From assembly GCA_002633005.1 (NCBI GenBank), contig NMRA01000395.1, positions 168,994 to 232,993 of the forward strand: a stretch of 64,000 nt of DNA, written 5' to 3'. Each line of letters begins with the position of its first letter. The stretch's first letter is position 1. Shown piece after piece: positions 24,089-36,856 of this stretch. Source of the DNA: Phoronis australis. Lineage: Eukaryota > Animalia > Phoronida. The notes beneath the pieces are model-generated. The model searched no databases, was not told where the DNA came from, and saw only the letters and a program-made list of their open reading frames with translations. The position numbers were made by a program, and so were the translations under genes.

Positions 24089-27000
24089 TCAGGCAATCGT
24101 TATGGAAATTTTGAAGTGAACCATATTTCGGGAAAAATGACATGGATGGTGGATAAAGGCATTGTAGAGTGAACTGTACGTTTTATTAATAGTCCATATA
24201 TCTTGCTACATAACCTTATCATCATCTGATGTAATGATTGAACNCACCGCCTATACACGATGGGCCGCGTAGCACTGAAAAAAGTGGGGCTATAGCCTCC
24301 TCCCCAGGTCCCTGTGGTTCACTGCCTTTACACCATGGGCCGCGTAGCACTGAAAAAAGTGGGGCTATAGCCCTCCCAGCCCACTATGGTGCGCTGCCCA
24401 TGTCAGGCAATCGTTATGGAAATTTTGAAGTGAACCATATTTCGGGAAAAATGACATGGATAGTGGATAAAGGCATTGTAGAGTGAACTGTATGTTTTAT
24501 TAATAGTCCATATATCTTGCTACATAACCTTATCATCATCTGATGTAATGATTGAACTGAGCTTTTGTATCATGTTTTGACATCACTGGTGGAGTTATTA
24601 TGGTATTACCATTCTTTTGTCACCAGCACTGTTCTGTATTGTATCTCTTGTAAACCCACATGTGGTTGGAGTACATTTGCACAGATCACTATAATATGTA
24701 GTATGTTGGTGAAAAGACTAGCATGTTTTTTAGCTTCGATGAAGTTTTGGCATCAAGGTGACAAAGGTATAGTTCATCTTTATTGCCGATGATCTTTCTA
24801 TTATTTTGCAACCCAGTTTACAAGGGTCCCATTTGTGACGCCTTTGAAAGTACATAGAAATGATTTTATATTTTCTCTAAAGTATTGTTGTAACTAGCAA
24901 GACCTTCTGTTAGAAATCTCCTCTGGTGACAAGGCAGGTAGTGGCAAAGTATTGTAACTAACCAGCAGGACATTCTAGTGGAAAGTAGCGCCCTCTGTTG
25001 CCATAGCAGTTAAATCTTCACCTACCGTATTTAGCACAAAATATGACTAGCAAGGGAAATTGTATTTGGTTAAGATTAAGAATATTTTAGTCTATTACTT
25101 GCATGTACATGGTATTTTTTATCCTTTGAAAAAGGGAAAAGATCCAATTTCCAATTTCGTCAATTATCTGTTAGTGATATGGTGAATAATTTACTCTAGT
25201 TTGTTATTCGCGTGCAATTTTTAGTCGTTTGGAGATTCGATGAAGATAGGGATACGTTGAATGGAGTGTCTGAGGGACTTGTACCATAGAGTGCCTAAGG
25301 GACTTAAATGTACCGTGTGGGACTCGTACCATAGAGTGTCAAAGGGACTCATACCATTGCAGTCATTGAACCATGTTTTGAGAAACTGGGCATTCTCAAC
25401 TATGTTAGACGATTTTTTATAAGTTGAAAACAACCAGGTTTGAAAATTATTTTTCTCTGAAATTGTTGAGATTCTACCACAACAGTTCTAATGAAGGCTG
25501 TCAGTAAGTTGGCTACTTTTTGACCCATGGTTCTTTGACTAAAGACGATTATCTCATTTTGAGATGACGTTGTTAAATGTTTGATACAGTACTGTACTTA
25601 ATCTTAATGCTAAGTAATAAATCACAACATTTCTTAGAAACTCATTTTAGTGATGTTGGATAAAATATAAAAAATACTTCATTCAACATACGGATCGAAC
25701 TGACTCCTTTTGATTAAAGATGTTTGATGACTTGGTGATTTCGGTCACATCTGCTCTTTCCTCTGCTAGTGTTCCAAGACAGCAGCAGCAATGTCCTTGA
25801 CCTTGTGTCACTTTGACTCCTACATATCTATTCAGGGAAGAACTTGTCTCTGCCATCTATCAGATAGCACTGTCAGAGTCAACTTCATATCTTAAGTGCA
25901 ATCCACACAGGCATACTTACCCTAGAACAAATTATTAATGGAACAAGTGGATGCTCTTTAAACTAGTGCAACTTGCCACACTTGTAATAACTCCTCCTTA
26001 TTGAGGTGGGGTAAGTTGTTCTAGAGTAACTTGTGCCACTTCTAATTGTTGTTCTAGAGTAACTTGTGCCACTTGTAATTGTTGTGTGACAAGGCTGAAT
26101 CAAGTAATTAGCCACTATGGCTACAGGGTTTACTTGTGTGCATAAAGCATAGTATCTGAATGTTTCATTTGAATCCAATCTATTGTTTCAGAGGCATGAT
26201 GTTCAGAACTTAACCAAATTTGGAATTTTTATGGTCTTACGTGACCTTAAGCCGGATAAAGGATGTTTGGTACACTTGAAAAAGTACTTAAGTGTAAAAT
26301 TACTTGGCGTGGCTTTATTGTAAGGATGTAAAAGATATTTCTTGTATGGATTACTGTCAATGCTGGCATTCTGTTTCTGGAATGTGCACTTGTCTCGTTA
26401 TTTTATTTTAAAGATATTGCTGTATTTGTGTCTGTATATCTGGGTGATATGGAACGCCAAAATGGAAAAAAGTCCAGGACACATATTTTCCAATTATTAA
26501 TTAAAGTCTGTACAGCACCAACAACACAAAGCTGGAATTCATCACTTCGGGAGATTTTATTGATCATGTCAGGACCAAAATTTAGCATATCAAGACAAAA
26601 ATTTATAAAGCCAGTACTGAAAATTTCCATGGCAAGAGACCACTGACCATCTACTATCTGACATTATGACAATCCACAGAAGTCTAATGTGTACCCAAGG
26701 CCAATGTGCATCATATGTTGTAAAGTGTAGAAGAAAGAAATTAACCTCATTGTCACTATAGTGTGGCTGTCTTCAACATTGCTCAACACTTAGCCTTGTG
26801 TACCTAATAGGGACCACTGGTGTCAATGCTTGTAGATGGTCATATACTCTCCTGACGTAACAACTATCTGGCGTGATACATTTTCAGTCCTGGTCTTGCA
26901 GTGTGAAAATAATGTTTGGATCTATTTTTTAATTCTTGCATAGAAAATATGTGTGGTGGAATGTTTTCCGCTTTGGTTTTTCATCGGGTGATTCTACTTG

Positions 27001-27266
27001 CCCTTGCGCACAAAAGTAATGTGCTATTCATTTCCACTAAATTATACCAAAATGGAGACTGTCTTTACCTTAAGGGAACAAAAAATGCATGCAACTTCAG
27101 AAAGGTGAAAACTACCTGCCAAAACTTTATGACTGACCTGCATTATGGATGTCATTGACGATGCAAACTTATCAAATTTTGCATCTCGAATGATTAAAAA
27201 CCATCCTACCAAAAAACTCTTCAGAAGTCCTCAGTTTGAAACTGAGGTGTTGCATGCCTCAGGCCA

Positions 27267-27402
27267 AATAGCATATTGATATACAGGAATGATGCAGTAC
27301 AATAGCATATTGATATACAGGAATGATGCAGTACAATAGCATATTGATATACAGGAATGATGCAGTACAATAGCATATTGATATACAGGAATGATGCAGT
27401 AC
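27267..27402 (+). repeat. 34-bp tandem repeat x4
   Basis: AATAGCATATTGATATACAGGAATGATGCAGTAC repeated essentially perfectly. Confidence 0.95.
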
Positions 27403-27970
27403 AATTTTCACAAGGAAGAAACTTCTCACTTATGTTGTTTAGTTTTTCATGAAATAAGCTTGAAATGCAGATTTGCTCACTTGGCACTATATACAGTAAT
27501 TCTACTTATTTTGCACTAAATTGCAAAAATTGTTATTTTTCCCCATTTCTAAGGCTGACTACCTTGCGTCAAGTGATTCAAACTAACAAATGTTATTTTA
27601 CGACATCAACACTGCATAAACCAAGTTAATAACAGATTAACATTTTGTGGTAAAATTTGACAAAATGAAATTTCACTAATGTCGGCCATATTTTTGTACT
27701 TTTGTGCTTTATAGGGACAAAAAACATAATGTCATGTGACCCATTGTCATGCAAGTCACTTTGCCTTCGGACGTTTGTAATTAAGGCTAATATTTGGCTC
27801 CTAAAACTGAGAGAAAAAGGGTTATTTTGAGAAGTAACTTTATTGTCACATAGAATGAGAGTCTGTTGCTGACAATAATGTGGTTAAGTGTCAATTTCAT
27901 CAACGTTTTTATGCAATGCAGAAGACACTGGAACAAAATAAGATGTCCCCAGAAATGACTAACTTACTGT

Positions 27971-28093
27971 CACTCTGTATAGGTCCTCGGTCTTTGCTGT
28001 TTAAAGCGCGCCACTCTGTATTGGTCCTCGGTCTCCGCTGTTTAAAGCGCGCCACTCTGTATTGGTCCTCGGTCTCCACTGTTTAAAGTGCGC
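27971..28093 (+). repeat. 41-bp tandem repeat x3
   Basis: CACTCTGTATTGGTCCTCGGTCTCCGCTGTTTAAAGCGCGC. Confidence 0.9.
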
Positions 28094-28120
28094 CTCACTT
28101 TTTTTAAGCTAAATATGTGT

Positions 28121-28384
28121 GAGCAGTGGATGCTTACGTGAGCATGGGCGTTAACATGAAGATTTACGGTAAATAGGAGTGGGTGCTTACATGAGCATAG
28201 GCGTTAACATGAAGATTTACGGTAAATAGGAGTGGGTCCTTGCGTGAGCATGGGCATTAACATGAATATTTACGGTAAATAGGAGTGGGTCCTTACGTGA
28301 GCATGGGCATTAACAGGAATATTTACGGTAAATAGGAGTGGGTCCTTACATGAGCATGGGCGTTAACATGAAGATTTACGGTAA
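28121..28384 (+). repeat. 53-bp tandem repeat x5 resembling a transposon right end
   Basis: GAGTGGGT(G/C)CTTAC(A/G)TGAGCATGGGC(G/A)TTAACATGAAGATTTACGGTAAATAG. Confidence 0.9.
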
Positions 28385-28441
28385 ATGCGCTGTAAATCCC
28401 CAATGTCAGTGGAAATATATTCTAGCTAATGTGCGTTATTA

Positions 28442-30805
28442 CCGTAATCGTTCGGGTTAACGCCCTGGGCGGTTAAATTGGCGAATCCAAAAAATCGGGG
28501 GAGGGCGGTTAACCGAGCAGTGGGCGGTTAAATCGGAAATCCACCTTAAGTAGGGGATGGGCGGTTAACCGAACATGGGCGCTTATTACGACAGACAACC
28601 GCCCTGGGTCGTTAATCTTACCTGGCGATCTAAATCCTGACACGACAATCATACTCGGAACGCGTAGCCCTTTTCAAAGAGCTTTATCGTCACGTCGCCA
28701 AATGACTGTGAAAACGTCATAACAGCGGATGATCCCAACAAAGGTTCTCTTGCCCTCAGATTAGTCATTCACTATTAAATTTACAAAATTGCTGAGTAAT
28801 AGCCCCGTGTCTTCCAGCGGCGCGCAGACGACCAGTCACCACGCAGCCTCCACTAGAATTAAAACTGTTTCAAGATGTGACCCTGCTTAAGTGCGCGCGT
28901 GCAAGCTTCACGTGTTGCAGAGGTCAGACATCAAATTTATGGTTACAGTCTCGTACTATATGTAGCTGTCAAGTTCTGAGTCAGAGAGCAGTTTTAAAAT
29001 TGGTTGTAGTAAAAGTTTGAAAAACTTAAGTCTGCTGTTTTTTGTGTTTGGAATGTTATAGTCTACACTCCGTGACTCAATGACATTTTCAGCGTATGGT
29101 TCTGCGGCTAGCTGTCTTATCTCGACAGCTCGGCATTGCTCTCTTGCCGTTGCGCCAAACATGCTATGCAAAGAAGTAAGACAAGGATCGGGGGTGGTCG
29201 AGCCAGTCGTCGATCAAGAATAAAATTTCAAGCAACTGCAAAAATATGTTACAAAATGTCAAAAAACAGCAATGTTTCAATTCATTATTCTAAACGATCA
29301 CCTTACCAAACTGCGTGGTGGAAAAACATTTATTTTTCATGCAAGATGTCCAGATTATCCTATTTATATCACTTGTAATATCGCACTGCGGCACTGTTCG
29401 GTCCCGCTGTTATCGCGCAATGTCTCAGTCGACTGACAATCGTGACTTGGAAATGCCGTCAAGTACTATAACAGCCTCTTTCAATATGCAACTCGTTTTT
29501 TATGGCCAAAGATAGTGGCGGTATTCAGCACGCACGTAGGGCCTACGTGTGAGTCACCTGTCAATCATATGTTGGTGTCAAGGCAACATGCACTCCAAAG
29601 TGTAGGAACTTGCGCACGTGCACCACTACAAATCAGTCACACATAGCGACTGTCCGACGAAGTAACAAAAACGGGCGTGACTATGTACTTTTAAGCTGTT
29701 GTTACGAAAGACCCAGTTCTTTACGATATTCCTCCGTTGCCAATGTTACCCAAAACTNAGAATTTTTTTGAAAAACACAGTATTATACAATTCTTGACTT
29801 GTATTTAGGTCAGTTACTATAATTTTATTACATGATTACCTTTGGAAGAAGGACGTTTTTGTTAGCCCACATACCGTATGGGAACGCGTGAAAATGTGGC
29901 ATAAATGACTATTTTAAACAATTACCAAGTTTATTGTCAGACTCTGTTGAGATAATGTTTCATATTTTTTGAAAATAAGATTAATCCCAAAATCACTCAG
30001 TCCCAACCAGTGATATTCCTGGATTGTGCCTTTGCACCAGTTACACATAAAAAACAAGTAATAAAAATGCACAAGTATATTGCACAGGTGCCTCTCCTGG
30101 GCGCCTCTTTTAAAGTGCAATACTCTTCCAAAAAGGCAACGTTCTAGTCAACTTCCATCCAGTCAGGTAAAACATGACTTTTTCTTATTTTGATTCCTTT
30201 GGGTTTTTGTTTCATCTGTTGACTTTAATTATGACTTGCTGCCCAACGTTTAGAATCAACAAAGTTCAATTTAAGTTTTGATTTTTGGTTTCCCAAATTT
30301 TAGAGACTGTACCAAAGTCCGCAACTGACATGTTTTTGGAGATTTTCAGTCTTTTCTGTTTTGTACTCTTAAAGGAGAAGGCCAGCCGATTTAATTAGTC
30401 TTTTTTATAGACTTAATCGGTCTATATCCACATCACCTTGTATACGGTCGATCTTATCTCGCCGAGAGGTGTCGTGTTAACCTGTGAGGAAGGTGAGAAA
30501 CGACGCAGCGACGTCAGTGGTTCTTCTGCAGAGTGAGTGATGCTATGGTGTGGTGTATCATTCACACTTGTTTGAACTATAAAGCTGCAAGGAAAGCGGG
30601 TATGTCATTTTTCAATTTCCTTGAGAAACCATAATGCTCCGGAAGTGGCTCGTGGTAGTGAAGAATGAANATCGATCTTTTTCTAAAAGTCGGGGATTCG
30701 CGCGTTTCCTTAGCACTAGGCGCTAAATCTTCATTCTTTAAAAATCCACCTAAAGTCCAGGATGGGCGGTTAACTGAGCATGGGTGTTAACCCGAACGAT
30801 TACGG
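28442..30805. mobile_element. Non-autonomous TA-flanked TIR element (Tc1/mariner-pogo-like ends); interior disturbed by assembly joins
   Basis: TA|CCGTAATCGTTCGGGTTAACGCCC ... GGGTGTTAACCCGAACGATTACGG|TA (23/24 match), with subterminal GGGCGGTTAA repeats. Confidence 0.8.
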
Positions 30806-31445
30806 TATGTCACTGCATGATTTTTTGTTTGAGAATTTTTTTGAAAAACACAGTATTATACAATTCTTGACTTGTATTTAGGTCAGTTGCTATAATTTTA
30901 TTACATGATTACCTTTGGAAGAAGGACGTTTTTGTGAGCCCACATACCGTATGGGAACGCGTGAAAATGTGGCATAAGTGACTATTTTAAACAATTACCA
31001 AGTTTATTGTCAGACTCTGTAGAGATAATGTTTCATATTTTTTAAAAATAAGATTAATCCCAAAATCACTCAGTCCCAACCAGGGATATTCCTGGATTGT
31101 GCCTTTGCACCAGTTACACATAAAAAACAAGTAATAAAAATGCACAAGTATATTGCACAGGTGCCTCTCCTGGGCGCCTCTTTTAAAATGCAATACTCTT
31201 CCAAAAAGGCAACGTTCTTGTCAACTTCCATCCAGTCAGGTAAAACATGACTTTTTCTTATTTTGATTCCTTTGGGTTTTTGTTTCATCTGTTGACTTTA
31301 ATTACGACTTGCTGCCCAACGTTTAGAATCAACAAAGTTCAATTTAAGTTTTGATTTTTGGTTTCCCAAATTTTAGAGACTGTACCAAAGTCCGCAACTG
31401 ACATGTTTTTGTAGATTTTCAGTCTTTTCTGTTTTGTACTGTTAA

Positions 31446-33429
31446 AGGAGAAGGCCAGCCGATTTAATTAGTCTTTTTTATAGACTTAATCGATCTATAT
31501 CCACATCACCTTGTATACGGTCGATCTTATCTCACCGAGAGGTGTCGTGTTAACCTGTGAGGAAGGTGAGAAACGACGCAGCGACGTCAGTGGTTCTTCT
31601 GCAGAGCGAGTGATGCTATGGTGTGGTGTATCATTCACACTTGTTTGAACTATAAAGCTGCAAGGAAAGCGGGTATGTCATTTTTCAATTTCCTTGAGAA
31701 ACCATAATGCTCCGAAAGTGGCTGGTGGTAGTGAAGAATGAAAAGTACGCCGTTTATACCTAGTATGAGGCCGTGAAAATTCTCCGTGTCTGTCAATGGC
31801 CTTTATTTCGTCGGATCGGTTGTTGATCAGTTTTTGATTGTGGTGAATTATAGTTGGCCATGAAAACATAAACAATTACAATTAATTCAAGGCGTGAGAA
31901 CATATAAAATAATATATATCCTGTTGGTTGACTGCCTCGTTCGTGAGGCTTTTGTTAGGTTGTCTGGGTGTAGGATGTTTTCGCTAGTTCTTTTTCTAAG
32001 CCCCAAAAAACGTCATAAACACACTTCTGTTTAGACGAGGTGCAAAATCAGGGTGGTCTGTGAGACACATCTGCGCTTCTCCAAGAAGGCATTTCAGTTG
32101 TAGAATTTCGTGGCAGCAAACGCAAGCGTCGGTCATTCCCATTATCATGCACTTAGCTCACTCACACCATGACAAGTCATTCAATTGGTTTTCAGAACTA
32201 TCTGCATGTTCCATTGTCTGTGCACATTCACGGTGCCTCTCAATTATTTCTTGATTAGGGTATTCCGGTTCGAACTGATAGCCTGTGAAACCTAACGATT
32301 GACCTGTGAAGTCTTCGTCGGATGAGCACTCGCCTAAGTCGGGATTGTGAGTTGCCGCGTTATCGTTTATTATTCTGCGTTCTGTTTCAGAATGAATTAT
32401 TCTCACCCTAACCAATGCTTGTATAAATCTGAAACAAAGTCTGTCTCATTAGATACAATTTGTAATGCCTTGGAGTGTTGGTGAGTGCAAATGTTTTGAG
32501 AAGCCTTCAATGAATAAATCACTGCATTACAGGCTTTGGATGCAATAAACTAATTGACCAGGAAGGAGGCCGTGTGAGTGCATGCTAATTCAATGTTTGC
32601 TCACAGAAAGCTGCTGTGAAACAATAACTCGATTTTATATCCTATGGTCAGATGTTGGGGGAATCTTTATTTAGATATTCATATACATTATTCGTATCAT
32701 TGCTACTGTACAACTTTTGCCCTGACAGTTCTGTGGAAGGGGAACCTGACTTCGCAGCACCCGACGAGCTAGTAAGTGGATTTGCAGTTTCGTAGCTAAT
32801 TCATCAAAATAATCACATGCACATTTTTTTGGCTCACTAGTATAATCTTTTCGTGACTGGAAGTTTGGCTGGTTTATATTCGCGATGTCTTCAGTCCGGC
32901 CGCGATGGGCCTGATCGAGTTCTGAGCCACTGGCCGGGATAGCAAGCATTTTGTGTGTTTAGAACTGAAAAAATTTGCAAGTCTAAAATTACAACACACA
33001 GCTATGTTCTCCTGTCTGTATTTTGCGGACAAATAATTTGAATTTATCACCGAACACACCCCAAACTCTTGCGACCAACAATGGTAAATTGGCCTACTGA
33101 ACTTTGTAGGCTACGGTACATTCAAATACCGTAATAGCGAAATAAAATAGCACACTTGTTCAATAACTCGATGCATTTGTAAGGGTTTTACATTGAATTT
33201 TGATGATTTATTGGTATAAAATGATGAATTCAAGCAATAAGCTGACACCAGTTAAGCGTGTTGTGAACTGCTTAACAGACTGCATTCGAACCTCTGACGT
33301 CATTGGTTAATTTCAATACCTTCGTCTGCCGTCAGGTGTCAGGTAAAGGAGCTGTACTTGCTGTTACGGAGTGGAACTGCTCAATCTGAATTGATACAAA
33401 CTAGGTTGCGTTTTGGGTGGCATTCTCCT
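31446..33429. mobile_element. Kolobok-like non-autonomous DNA transposon
   Basis: TTAA|AGGAGAAGGCCAGCC ... GGGTGGCATTCTCCT|TTAA: TTAA TSD with RR..YY termini, unlike the CCY termini of piggyBac. Confidence 0.75.
31935..32415 (-). pseudogene. Decayed Cys-rich ORF resembling the P2X7 intracellular ballast domain, inside the Kolobok-like element
   Basis: Reading through in-frame stops: GYQFEPEY...LSWCE*AKCMIMGMTDACVCCHEILQLKCLLGEAQMCLTDHPDFAPRLNRSVFMTFFGA*. Pattern WCxCxxC..CCxE..C(L/I)TxHxxF..LxxxV. Confidence 0.65.
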
Positions 33430-33469
33430 TTAAAGAAGTAGTCAGTATGATTATTTATTAACTCAGTAA

Positions 33470-33815
33470 CATTGGTGTTTTTGTATTGACCACTGGTGTT
33501 TTCATATTGACCACTGGTGTTTTAATATTGACCACTGGTGTTTTATATTGACCACTGGTGTTTTCATATTGACCACTGGTGTTTTCATATTCACCGCTGG
33601 TGTTTTTATATTGACTACTGCTGTTTTCATATTGACTATTGGTGTTTTTATATTAACCACTGGTGTTTTTATATTGATCACTGGTGTTTTTATATTGATC
33701 ACTGGTGTTTTTATATTGATCACTGGTGTTTTTACATTGACCACTGGTGTTTTTATATTGATCACTGGTGTTTTTACATTGACCACTGGTGTTTTTATAT
33801 TGACCACTGGTGTTT
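33470..33815 (+). repeat. 21-bp minisatellite, ~16 units (partial duplicate at 34904-35030)
   Basis: CCACTGGTGTTTTTATATTGA. Explains three overlapping repetitive ORFs. Confidence 0.97.
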
Positions 33816-33869
33816 TAAAACACCATGAGTTAACCACTTAATGAGTTAGCCACTGCATTGCCAGTCCTT

Positions 33870-34112
33870 TTTGACACAATTGCTAGCGGCCTGCTACACA
33901 TTGTACCAGAGGTCTGCAGGGCGCTCAGGTTGACCCACAGGCACTCATTTGATCACCTGGAACTGTTTTTTTTGCTTTATTAGTATATAGTTGAAACCAA
34001 GTTGATGAGCTAGAGACCTGACTCAGGGGTTTAGCAGTGTGCCCCCCGTGGGACTTGAACCCTCAACCTTGAGGAAGCAGACTCTTGTCTCACTAGGCCA
34101 CACCGACTCTTC
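33870..34112 (-). mobile_element. tRNA-derived SINE (duplicate at ~35095-35331)
   Basis: Minus strand GAGTCGGTGTGGCCTAGTG (A box)...GAGGGTTCAAGTCCCAC (B box) followed by a non-tRNA body. No intact cloverleaf. Confidence 0.6.
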
Positions 34113-35652
34113 TCCTATAACATGTGAGATGAAATGTTATAGGTTTTTTTTGAAACTTCGATATACATAACCACTGGTGATGGCCAGGTCTCCTTGTTGT
34201 TATCTCTAAGTATATTTAAACAAGCAAGTGGGATTGTGCTAAATATGGGTGTGCTTGGGTTGTCTGTTGACTTTATCTACGTACTGTATTTCTTTTGATA
34301 AATGCCATAAGACATTTTCACACCAACTTCGTTGTGGTATCAGTGGAGTGTCATGTACACTAGGGACTAAGTAGCTGTCAATGAACCTTTGACTCTGTCT
34401 TCAGTAGTTTGAGGGCAAAGAAGTTATTACTTGGCAGAATTCTTGAAATTCCGACAAGTTATTATGTTGCTCTGTTGTTAATTTTTTTTGTTTGTTCGCA
34501 CGATACAGGTCGCAATTTTCGTTCGATCATCACAAAATTTACACATAACACGTAGTTTTAGAGGTACTGAAGGTCTCTTGCTTTTCGTCATAATCGGATC
34601 CAAGATGGCGGCTGTGGCGGCCATTTTGTTTTTATTTTAAGATACAAAGGCTTTTGGGGGCTACAATTTTTTGTGTACAGGGTTGAAACTCGGCACAATT
34701 ATTGGACTGGACGTGCGCTACAACTATTCCGGAAGTTGTTTACTTCCGGTTAAAGATGGCGGAAATATTGGCGATCGCGTAGGCGCACCTCGATTTTGTC
34801 CTAAAAACGTTTTCTCCTGTAGAGGGTGCATTATAGAGCCAGTTCCTTCGAATTTTTGCAGGTGTTAGTTTCTTATGACATACTATTATACAGAGCCAAA
34901 AANTTATATTGACCACTGGTGTTTTTATATTGATCACTGGTGTTTTTATATTGATCACTGGTGTTTTTATATTGATCACTGGTGTTTTTACATTGACCAC
35001 TGGTGTTTTTATATTGACCACTGGTGTTTTAAAACACCATGAGTTAACCACTTAATGAGTTACCCACTGCATTGCCAGTCCTTTTAACACAAAAATAATT
35101 GCTAGCGGCCTGGTACACATTGTACCAGAGGTCTGCAGGGCGCTCAGGTTGACCCACAGGCACTCATTTGATCACCTGGAACTGTTTTTTTGCTTTATTA
35201 GTATATAGTTGAAACCAAGTTGATGAGCTAGAGACCTGACTCAGGGGTTTAGCAGTGTGCCCCCGTGGGACTTGAACCCTCAACCTTGAGGAAGCAGACT
35301 CTTGTCCCACTAGGCCACACTGACTCTTCTCCTATAACATGTGAGATGAAATGTTATAGGTTTTTTTTGAAACTTCATATACATAACCACTGGTGATGGC
35401 CAGGTCTCCTTGTTGTTATCTCTAAATATATTTAAACAATATATTTAAACAAGCAAGTGGGACTGTGCTAAATATGGGTGTGCTTGGGTTGTCTGTTGAC
35501 TTTATCTACGTACTGTATTTCTTTTGATAAATGCTATAAGACATTTTCACACCAACTTCGTTGTGGTATCAGTGGAGTGTCATGTACACTAGGGACTAAG
35601 TAGCTGTCAATGAACCTTTGACGCTGTCTTCAGTAGTTTGAGGGCAAAGAAG

Positions 35653-36696
35653 TTATTACTTGGAAGAATTCTTGGAATTCCGACAAGTTATTATGTTGCT
35701 CTGTTGTTAAATTTGTTTTTTTTGTTTGTTCGCACGATACAGGTCGCAATTTTCGTTCGATCATCACAAAATGTACACATAACACGTAGTTTTAGAGGTA
35801 CTGAAGGTCTCTTGCTTTTCGTCATAATCAGATCCAAGATGGCGGCTGTGGCGGCCATTTTGTTTTTATTTTAAGATACAAAGGCTTTATGGGGGCTACA
35901 ATTTTTTATGTACAGGGTTGAAACTCGGCACAATTATTGGACTGGACGTGCGCTACAACTATTCGGGAAGTTGTTTACTTCCGTTAAAAGATGGCGGAAA
36001 TATTGGCGATCGCGCAGGCGCACCTCGATTTTGTCCTAAAAACGTTTTCTCCTGTAGAGGGTGCATTATAGAGCCAGTTCCTTCGAATTTTTGCAGGTAT
36101 TAGTTTCTTATGACATACTATTATACAGAGCCAAAAAACCGGAAGTTGCTTGCAAGATGGCGGATATGGTGCATGTTGACCCATTTTCAGTCGTGCTAGA
36201 GTGCCATTTTAAATGGGAAGAGAAAAAGACGTGATTTTTTGTATGTGGATTCTCTGAGGTATATTCTTTCAAATGACCTATAACAATTTTTCTCTCAGAC
36301 TTATCGTTTTCGAGTTATTTGACTGAATTTCAAAAAAAAACCCGCAAAATTTCATTTTTTTCGAAAAATTTACGGAATTAGATGATACCATCAGTTTTGA
36401 GCAGGCTTTCAGAAGATGTTTTTCATTTTTCGCTAGGACGTCTACTTTTCGAATTATTTGAGATTTTCTGGTAGCGCTGGTCCTTTGTTGTGTGCTCTTG
36501 CTGCATTGATGTTGGTTTAGCTTCTATTGAACAAGAGTGTAGCCTATTTCTTACTGATTTATGACATCTAAGTGCTTCATATGAATGTTATGATATTGTT
36601 CAGCATCATCACCATCGTCATCATATTCGTCGTCTTCGTCATCTTCGTCATCATTTCCGTCGTCGTCTTTTCAGTTAATTTCGCCAAGTGTCGTTC
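35653..36696 (+). mobile_element. HINE-like element, family 3 (5' part duplicated at 34423-34902)
   Basis: 5' TTATTACTTGG..hairpin..CAAGT, ~155-bp units with CAAGATGGCGG, (TCG/TCA)n stretch, subterminal TTCGCCAAGT. Confidence 0.65.
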
Positions 36697-36856
36697 AAGA
36701 CTGTAGCCTATACTTACTGATGTCTGGCCTCTACGTTCGTCTTGTGAGGTGGTCATGTTTTTAGGTGAGTCAGTCCCATTTTCTGGTGCGACGGTCCCAT
36801 TTGATCCCCGGAGGTCCTGTTTTGGGTGAGTCAGTTCGATTTAGAGGACCGGCGGA

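Noticed and set aside
23852-24486. Apparent duplicated small protein genes
   Set aside because: MITE-like tandem units plus an assembly duplication across the N at 24244.
27267-28384. Regular 34-53-bp repeats as CRISPR arrays (also 53862-54219)
   Set aside because: Head-to-tail units without unique spacers, no cas genes, eukaryotic context.
33502-33841. Three overlapping heptad-repeat ORFs (KTPVVNI, FYIDHWC, TTGVFIL)
   Set aside because: By-products of a stop-free 21-bp minisatellite; no splice or homology support.
34035-34112. tRNA gene
   Set aside because: A/B boxes are present but acceptor and anticodon stems do not pair and a SINE-like body follows.
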